Origin: Octopus bimaculoides
Taxonomy: Eukaryota
Direction of reading: 5' to 3'
DNA: 58,790 nucleotides
NCBI RefSeq assembly: GCF_001194135.2
Contig: NC_068981.1
Span: 9,829,418-9,888,207 of the forward strand
Position 1 is the stretch's first letter, and each line of letters starts with the position of its first letter. The position numbers were made by a program, and so were the translations under genes. Positions 50,959 through 58,790 of the stretch are shown piece after piece. The notes beneath the pieces were generated by a model. The model was not told the DNA's origin, ran no database searches, and worked only from the letters and a program-made list of their open reading frames with translations.

Positions 50959-51918
50959 CAGTGTATGCAAATGCGCATAAAAGTGTGTGTTTACACCCGG
51001 TTGTTGAATGCTTGCATNNNNNNNNNNTATATATATATATATATACTAATTTACTGTTTTACGTGTGTTAATCATTGGACTGCAGCCATGATTGGGTGCC
51101 GCGTTGTTATATATATGAGGATATTATTGTTTATCATATCAGTGGCTTAGCATGCTAAAAAACCCATAATTGTAAAAAACAAATATCAATTAATATAGTA
51201 ACCTTAATTATTAATATATATAGATAGGTAGTGGGGAGAGAGATGCGTATATAGAAAAAGAGACTGTGAAAGGAAAACTCAAAACGGAGAGACAGAAGCA
51301 GAAGAAAAAGAGTGCGCAAGTGAGAAAGTTAGACTGACAGAAAGAATGACACATTTAAAGAGAATAAACGTGTAAAGAGCTTTACAATAGATATTGTGAG
51401 TGGTCGCGTTCGTACCATAAATTGATATATGCCCACATTACATACATTTATTATGATGTGTCTTTATTTTATGCATCGCATTAATTCATGTTCCTTAACA
51501 CGAAATGCTACTTTTTCACATCTTTAAATGCCGTTTATGAGGGTTGTGAAAGGAAAATCAAATCCAAAAAAGTGCTTGTAACCAATTTCGAATTGCTGTT
51601 TTTGCTGCAAGAGCGCTACGTGCATTACGTATATCTGAATGAACCAATGAGGGAACCTCTACGCTATCGCTTGATTTGCTGGAATTAGCAACCAAATTCC
51701 ACGCAAATCATACACTACTTTCTTGAATAAGGATACTTTTAACAATATAATCCCGAATATGATAAGTATGACGTCATTAAAACACGATGGTTCTGCTTAC
51801 ATTGACTTTGGTCCTAGGTGCACTCAGTCAGGGTCTTCTTGGGCTAAAGAACACCACTATCAGCTTATTTTCTCGAATTGAGGAAACTGCTGCTACTCAA
51901 ATACTACTACTACTACTG

Positions 51919-51969
<51 letters not shown>

Positions 51970-52189
51970 TCTTACAATGATAGGCACAAGGGAGGAATTT
52001 CGTGGGAGAGGATAGCTCGGTTACATTGACCGCAGAGATCAACTGGTTTTTATTTTATCAACCTCAGAAGGATGAAAGGCAAATCTGATTTCGGCGGAAT
52101 TTGAACTCAGAGCGTAAAAATGGACGAAATACCGCTAAGCATGTCGCCCGGCGAGCTAACGATTCTACCAGCTCACCGCCTTAATGATG

Positions 52190-52225
<36 letters not shown>

Positions 52226-52350
52226 GAAATAAGGCCACAACATTTTGTGTAGAGATATATAGTCGACTAAGTCGATGCCAGTACATGAATGGTAGTAATT
52301 TTATAAATCACGAGTGAATGCAAAGGTGACCCCGGCAAGATTCGATCTCA
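51970..52350 (-). mobile_element. Two tandem SINE family B copies between (AAT)n tracts
   Basis: Copy 51970-52182 well conserved, copy about 52222-52350 degenerate; (AAT)n at 51918-51968 and 52183-52223. Confidence 0.8.
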
Positions 52351-52534
52351 GAAATAATAATGATTATTGTTTCTTTTTAAAGTATCAAGGCTGTGAGCGA
52401 AGTTAGGACACTCATGCATTTCTCAAAGATGTAAATGAAACGATAATATTACCCAGTAAACAATGGGTTCGCAGAATCTGCTAATCTGTGATATTCGGTG
52501 TTTCGCTTTCGCTTCTAGTCATTTCTTACTCAAA

Positions 52535-53150
52535 CCTGCGAGGTAACCGCTATGTGATTCATTTGACATGGTAGAAATAGCATCGTAATCTCCTTGAAAT
52601 CACACCCTTTCGTCTTAGTAAAGATTGACTGGATAATGTGGTCCTAGATACACTATGTTAGAAAAAGCCATGATATCATAACTGGAACTTCGTTGATCAT
52701 AAGGTTATCTCGAGTAGAGCTAAGTAAGACAACAACAAAGACAATAACAGTATATTGGTACAAGGCTATATCACATTTTATGGAGGAAAGCATGGGTGAT
52801 CGCATGGACATCAGTGTATTACTAGTTGATAACTAAAAGCTGTTAAATATGAAGGCAGATATTGTGTCGTTTCTATCAATGTTGTTCCTTGATGGAGTGA
52901 GGGTCTAGGCGGTCATTTAATCGACTAAAAATAACAGGTAAATCATTTTCAAGCAACACCCTACCAAAGATCTTTATGAAAAAAGAATTATAAATAAACG
53001 AGGACAGGTTGGATAATGCAGTAATAGTACACTATTTCAAGAATAAATAAACGAACAAAATTCCAGATGATCATGGCTTGATCATGGCCATAGGTCTTGT
53101 TGATGATATCTAACCTAGGGCTAAAACAACTTCAGTAACAACAACAAGTG
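52535..53150 (+). repeat. Two copies of repeat family C (52535-52750 and 52900-53150)
   Basis: GTAGAAATAGCA..AAATCACACCC..GGATAATG..GATCATA.GG..CAACAAC pattern occurs twice. Confidence 0.6.
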
Positions 53151-53329
53151 TATGTTTTTCTTTTCCTTTCTTTACACAGTAAAAGCATATAGTTATGTCT
53201 TCCCACGTATATGACTGCTACATATTTTATAAATCCCCAAGGATATTAAAACGACGAAACAGTTCTACATTTAACCTCTATGGCCAATAGTAATAACACT
53301 TCTGTTGTTCCAGAAACATTGTTTGTGTT

Positions 53330-54078
53330 TTAGGTACAAGACGACGGATTTTAGGTAGTGAGCTTAGTCAATAGAATCGTCTCCCTACATGATTGGTACA
53401 TGGATTAATCGACCCCGAAACGGTGGAATGCAAAGTTTGTACTTCGTTTACATCGCATCGAGGCAATGAAATCATAATGATAAAAATGGTTTCAAGTTTG
53501 GACCAGGGTCACCAATTTTCAGGAAGGAGTAAGTCGATAATATCAACCTCAGTGCTCAACTGGCACTTATTTTATCGACTCCGAAGAATGAAAGGCAAAG
53601 TTGATTCCGGCGCTATTTGAACTCAGAACGTAAAGTCGGACGAAATGCCGCTAAGCATTTTGCCCTGGGTGCTAGCAATTTTGCCAGCTCAACGCCTTAA
53701 TAATAATAATAATAATAATAAATAATCCTTTCTACTAAGGCCTGAAATTTTGGTCAGGGGACTAGTCGATTACATCGACCCCAGTGCTTCACTGGTACTT
53801 AATTTGTCGACCCCGAAAGGATGAAAGGCAATGTCAACCTCGGCGGTAATTGAACTTAGAACAGAGCGACGAGTGAAATATCGCTAAGCATTTCGACCGG
53901 CGTGCTAACGACTCCGCCAGTTCGCCACGTTAATAATAATTATTTCAAATTTTTGCCACAGGGGCAGCTTGGGGCAAGTGAGGATGAGTCGATTACATCA
54001 ACCCCAGTGCGTAACTGGTACTTATTTAATCGAGCCCGAAAGGATAAAAGGCAAAGTCGACCTCGGCGTTTAATAATA

Positions 54079-54113
<35 letters not shown>

Positions 54114-54336
54114 CCTTTCTACTATAAGGCACAAGGGCTGAAAATTAGGGGAAGGGGATAATCGATTACATCGACCCTAGTACTCAACTGGTACTTAATT
54201 TATCGACACCGGAAGGATGAAAGGCAAAGTCGACCTCAGCAGAATTTGAACTCAGAGCGTAGCAATAGACGAGATACCTCTAAGCATTTCGCCTGGCATG
54301 CTAACGATTCTGTCAGCTCGCAGAATGATGATGATG

Positions 54337-54375
<39 letters not shown>

Positions 54376-54500
54376 GCTTCAAATTTTGGCACAAGGCCAG
54401 CAAGTTCGGGGAGTGGAGAAGCCGATTAAAGTCGACCCTAGTGCTCAACTGGTACTTATTTTATCGACGCCGAAAAGATGACAGAGAAAGTCGTCCTCGA
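53330..54500 (-). mobile_element. Array of six co-oriented SINE family B copies, mostly separated by (TAA)n
   Basis: Copies at about 53330-53450, 53488-53698, 53726-53930, 53941-54068, 54113-54321 and 54375-54500. Confidence 0.88.
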
Positions 54501-56902
54501 TATTATAATAACAATAGTTTATTGTATTCAATGGCTAAAACTTAGAGATGGAAAACAAAAGAAAAAAAAATACAAAAACCGCTGACAAAGTTTATACGGT
54601 CGTGTGATTGTAATTAGTGATATATTTGATGTTTTAACAAATAAAAGAAAATAGCAATGTGTTTGTGTGCATGTGTATGTATGCATGTATGGATGGATGT
54701 GCGTATATATATATGTCTGTGTGTGTGAGTGCGTATGCGCTACGTCATATCTGCTTCAGCAGATCTTTCAACACAGTTAATGGAGTTCCACGCTTTCATG
54801 AAAAATGTTAAAGTGAAACCTTCATTAATGATTTTGTTCATGCATCGTACAACGCTTCAGCTTACCCCTTTTCTTTCCCCGTCCCACACACAAACACTCT
54901 CTCTTCTCCCTCCAACCCCCCTCTCTCTCTCTTCTCTCTCCCTCTCCCACTCTATCAATCGCTATCTCCCTCTCTCTGTATTTGATTCTGTGATGCATGT
55001 TAACTCTTAGTTTGCTCTCCGTTAAAACAAAAATATATTTCATGCGTGTACACACATATAATGTGTGCGTGTATATATATACATGCATACATATGCATAT
55101 ATATNNNNNNNNNNNNNNNNNNNNNNNNNNNNNNNNNNNNNNNNNNNNNNNNNNNNNNNNNNNNNNNNNNNNNNNNNNNNNNNNNNNNNNNNNNNNNNNN
55201 NNNNNNNNNNNNNNNNNNNNNNNNNNNNNNNNNNNNNNNNNNNNNNNNNNNNNNNNNNNNNNNNNNNNNNNNNNNNNNNNNNNNNNNNNNNNNNNNNNNN
55301 NNNNNNNNNNNNNNNNNNNNNNNNNNNNNNNNNNNNNNNNNNNNNNNNNNNNNNNNNNNNNNNNNNNNNNNNNNNNNNNNNNNNNNNNNNNNNNNNNNNN
55401 NNNNNNNNNNNNNNNNNNNNNNNNNNNNNNNNNNNNNNNNNNNNNNNNNNNNNNNNNNNNNNNNNNNNNNNNNNNNNNNNNNNNNNNNNNNNNNNNNNNN
55501 NNNNNNNNNNNNNNNNNNNNNNNNNNNNNNNNNNNNNNNNNNNNNNNNNNNNNNNNNNNNNNNNNNNNNNNNNNNNNNNNNNTCTCTCAATGCATTTCAC
55601 ATACATATTTATAAACTTATAAACTGCGATTAGGTTTCAGACCCGGCGTACTTTTCGAAGTATTGAGCATGCAGTGTGCATATACATACATAATATATGT
55701 ATAACCGAAAAACCGTCTCGCATAAAGCATATGAGTATGAGCGATCGCATAGGAATTAGTAACTGTATTTTGTTCGATCATCTTAGTTTCTCACTCCCTC
55801 CCTCCCTCCCCCCTCTGTCTGTCTGTCTCTCTCTCTCTCTCTTTGTATACATAAACACACACACAGATATATATATACTTCTGTGCTTGTACATATGTAA
55901 ATATATACGTACATATACAAACATTTGTATATATACATATATAATGAATATGTAGGTGTGTAGATATGTATGAATGCGTGTGTGTGTATATGTGTGTAGC
56001 ATGTATGTATGCGTATAAAATTTGAGTGTGTGTGTCTGTGCATGTGAGTAATCATATAGAGTAATGATGTATAAATATCAATTCTTTACTATATATTACT
56101 ATGTGTAACTAGTGAGATAGAGAAAGAAAGAGAGAAAGAAAGAGAATACACGACCAGGTATGTGTTGATAACTTTCTTGTGCATACTATTCGTATACACG
56201 TAGAAAACACCTGCTTACGTCATAGTCAGGTTATATACGTCTTAGAAGAATATTTATAAGAGAATAAAGTTGATATCAGAAATGTGTTAACATTTTATAT
56301 TCTTTATTGCTGAGGAAGCAATATACTAAAAAGACAAACAAACACACACACACACACACANNNNNNNNNNNNNNNNNNNNNNNNNNNNNNNNNNNNNNNN
56401 NNNNNNNNNNNNNNNNNNNNNNNNNNNNNNNNNNNNNNNNNNNNNNNNNNNNNNNNNNNNNNNNNNNNNNNNNNNNNNNNNNNNNNNNNNNNNNNNNNNN
56501 NNNNNNNNNNNNNNNNNNNNNNNNNNNNNNNNNNNNNNNNNNNNNNNNNNNNNNNNNACACGCCCGCGCTGCACGCGCACAGCAGCAGAAGTAATTATGT
56601 ATATTTAATGCAGCTATCTCACTGATTTTGAGTGATTTAATAATGAAAATACGTACAAACATGGTGCGTTTCTCGTGTGTATTCTATATGGATGTATGTG
56701 TGCGCGCGCGTTTGTGTTTATTTATAAGCATAATTAGACATGGCTTTTGCATACATACAAACATACATATATACATACATTTATATATATACATACATAT
56801 ATGTATACATACGTTTATACATGCATACTTACGTACGCATGAATGTATGTATGTATAAGTATACCTAGATATACATTTGTGCGTGTGCGATTGTTTATAT
56901 AC

Positions 56903-56947
<45 letters not shown>

Positions 56948-57661
56948 TAAGCATAGACATGCATTTGTGTGTGTGTGTCTATGTAAATGTGTATGTATGC
57001 GTGTATCTGTATGTATGTATACATGTATATGTTTGTATAATTAATACATAAATATGTTTATACATACATGAGATCTACGTTTCTTCTACAGGTGTGTTTA
57101 ATTTTTGTGTACACACACACAAACACACATACACATTGTATTATATTATATTAAATTATATTGAAGAATAATTAATTATATATATTTGTTTGAGATAATT
57201 ATATAAAAGGAACAATTTGAGAATCAGTTTAGTAGGTGACGTTTTGCACCTGCAAAGATCTTAACATGATTCTGTGTTCACCTAAAAAAGAGATTTCTTT
57301 TTTCTAGTTTAAACATGGGAGGTATATATGGTCATTTAACTTGATACTTGAAAATATCTCATTATACATATTTAACCTAATCGTAATCAGATCGAATTGG
57401 CTCGATATAGTTGACATGGTCATGTAGGGGCATTGGCATATATCTAAGTTCACACACATATAAAAATGTATACATATATACACATACACATATTTCATAT
57501 GCATGCATTTATAGGTATGTAAGTTAGCACAAAAACAACGACACACTTGCACACCCAAACATACACGCACGCGCGCACACAAATACACATACATATATGT
57601 ATAAATACATACACACACACACACTTACACTAAGTCATTGGTCGGTCTCGGGCTATAGTAA

Positions 57662-58290
57662 TGTTACATTGATAGGTTTCGGCCAGTAAAAGCCCAGGAC
57701 ATGTCTAAATTAATAGCACCACCTGGTGAAGTCTTTTAGTCATATATGGGGCACCATGGCCCACTCTGGCAAAAAATTATTACTGTTGGAAACATATCCG
57801 GGTATAGGAGGTTATTCCGGAATTTTTTGAAGAAATTTGTCCAGTGACCTTTTGAATTTTATGGGATCCGTTTCTGTTTTAACATATTTTGGTATGGTAT
57901 TAAAGAGAGCTCGACCGGTTGAGGTAAAGTAATTGTGACGTAATAATGCAATGTGTACCGAGTTCGATTTTTGTAGTGGGCGGATAGCACAGGGGCCAAC
58001 TCTTGGATGGATTTTGAAATTGATGCCAACATCATTTGTGCAATATTGATGGAATACTTTTCACATAGCACAAATGATGTAGCCCTCCCGGCGGCGTTGG
58101 AGAGAGTAGAGATTGAGTTTTTTAGTCGACCCCAATAATCAACGCCTCTCATGCTGTCTATCTTTCTTGTTATTGACCTCTGGAGTGCTTCTACTTTCAT
58201 AATGAGTATGGGGGAACCACAGTGGGCAACAGTATTCAAGGTGGGGTCCGGCAAAAGTAGAGTAGAGAAGGACGATGGTGTCGGCATCTC
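57662..58290 (-). mobile_element. 3' fragment of CR1-type LINE (ORF2 C-terminus plus 3' UTR)
   Basis: KVEALQRSITRKIDSMRGVDYWGRLK, then shifted-frame YSLQRRRE-like sequence and KFKRSLDKFLQKIP..PPIPGYVS. Confidence 0.85.
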
Positions 58291-58453
58291 TAGACCACAA
58301 TGTTCATAGAATCCAAGAGCACATCTTGCAGGCCAAGTGAACCTTGTTGCTTACGTGGGGTGCTGCGCAATGGGACTGAACCCCAAACCACGCGGTTGCG
58401 AAGCACCATTATAAACTACACACCCTCTCTCATATATATATTGGGCCCCATGG

Positions 58454-58492
<39 letters not shown>

Positions 58493-58504
58493 CTGTACAT
58501 GAAG

Positions 58505-58715
58505 AGGCAAGCTAACAGGATCGTTACCATACCGGTCAAAACACTTAACAGCATTTCGTATTTACGTTCTGAGTTCAAATTCCATCAATGTTGACTTTAC
58601 CTTTTTACCGTATTGGGGTTGATGAAATAAATACCAGTTGTATACTGGCGTCAATATAATCGACTAGATCCCTTCCCTAAAAGGTTTTCAGGCCTTGTGT
58701 CTATACTAGAAAGGA
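58505..58715 (+). mobile_element. SINE family B
   Basis: GAGTTCAAATTCC..GACTTTACC, tail GGCCTTGTGTCTATACTAGAAAGGA. Confidence 0.75.
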
Positions 58716-58790
58716 AATATTAATTACATAAACACACGCAAATTATGTGTGTGTGTGTTTGGATATATATATATATATATATATATATAT

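Larger units (their letters stand above)
12714..56557. other. Thirteen assembly gaps (N runs) within this span
   Basis: 12714-13377, 25201-25575, 32341-32353, 34668-35103, 36168-36267, 40375-40773, 43057-43501, 46408-46562, 47927-48071, 49910-50395, 51018-51027, 55105-55582, 56361-56557; nearly all abut TA or CA microsatellites. Confidence 0.98.

Noticed and set aside
53330-54500. Repeat-spacer appearance suggesting a CRISPR array
   Set aside because: Units are 130-210-bp diverged SINE copies separated by (TAA)n in eukaryotic DNA; no short identical repeats, unique spacers or cas genes.
12538-56662. Many long ORFs in the track rich in YI, CV, HT or X
   Set aside because: They are translations of (TA)n, (TG)n and (TATG)n microsatellites and N gaps, not proteins.
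51970-58715. Antisense orientation bias of SINEs downstream of the candidate exon
   Set aside because: Most copies belong to two arrays and are not independent, and the 58505 copy and family C copies are sense; no real support.

Overview
AT-rich animal genomic DNA from a gapped assembly (13 N-runs, nearly all next to microsatellites). It is dominated by tRNA-derived SINEs, microsatellites and decayed transposons. The repeat families resemble, from memory rather than a search, those of octopus. No intact multi-exon gene is visible; the only host-gene signal is one candidate exon with a perfect donor at 49652/49653. Recognisable TE coding fossils: a Tc1-like element with DD36E spacing (31070-32340), a fold-back mariner (46634-47356), an internally deleted Chapaev-like element (20880-21584), an RTE LINE RT (37060-38520) and CR1/L2-type LINE pieces. 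The most unusual structure is a ~475-bp element at 7228-7701. It has a tRNA-like Pol III head, then a body carrying a minimal Penelope-type hammerhead ribozyme motif, and it is preceded by an inverted ~194-bp copy of itself. It looks like a hammerhead-bearing, possibly Penelope-mobilised SINE, and a collapsed relative sits at 34434-34558. SINE arrays whose two tail subtypes alternate are also notable. SINE family letters A-E are my working labels, and most repeat boundaries are approximate.
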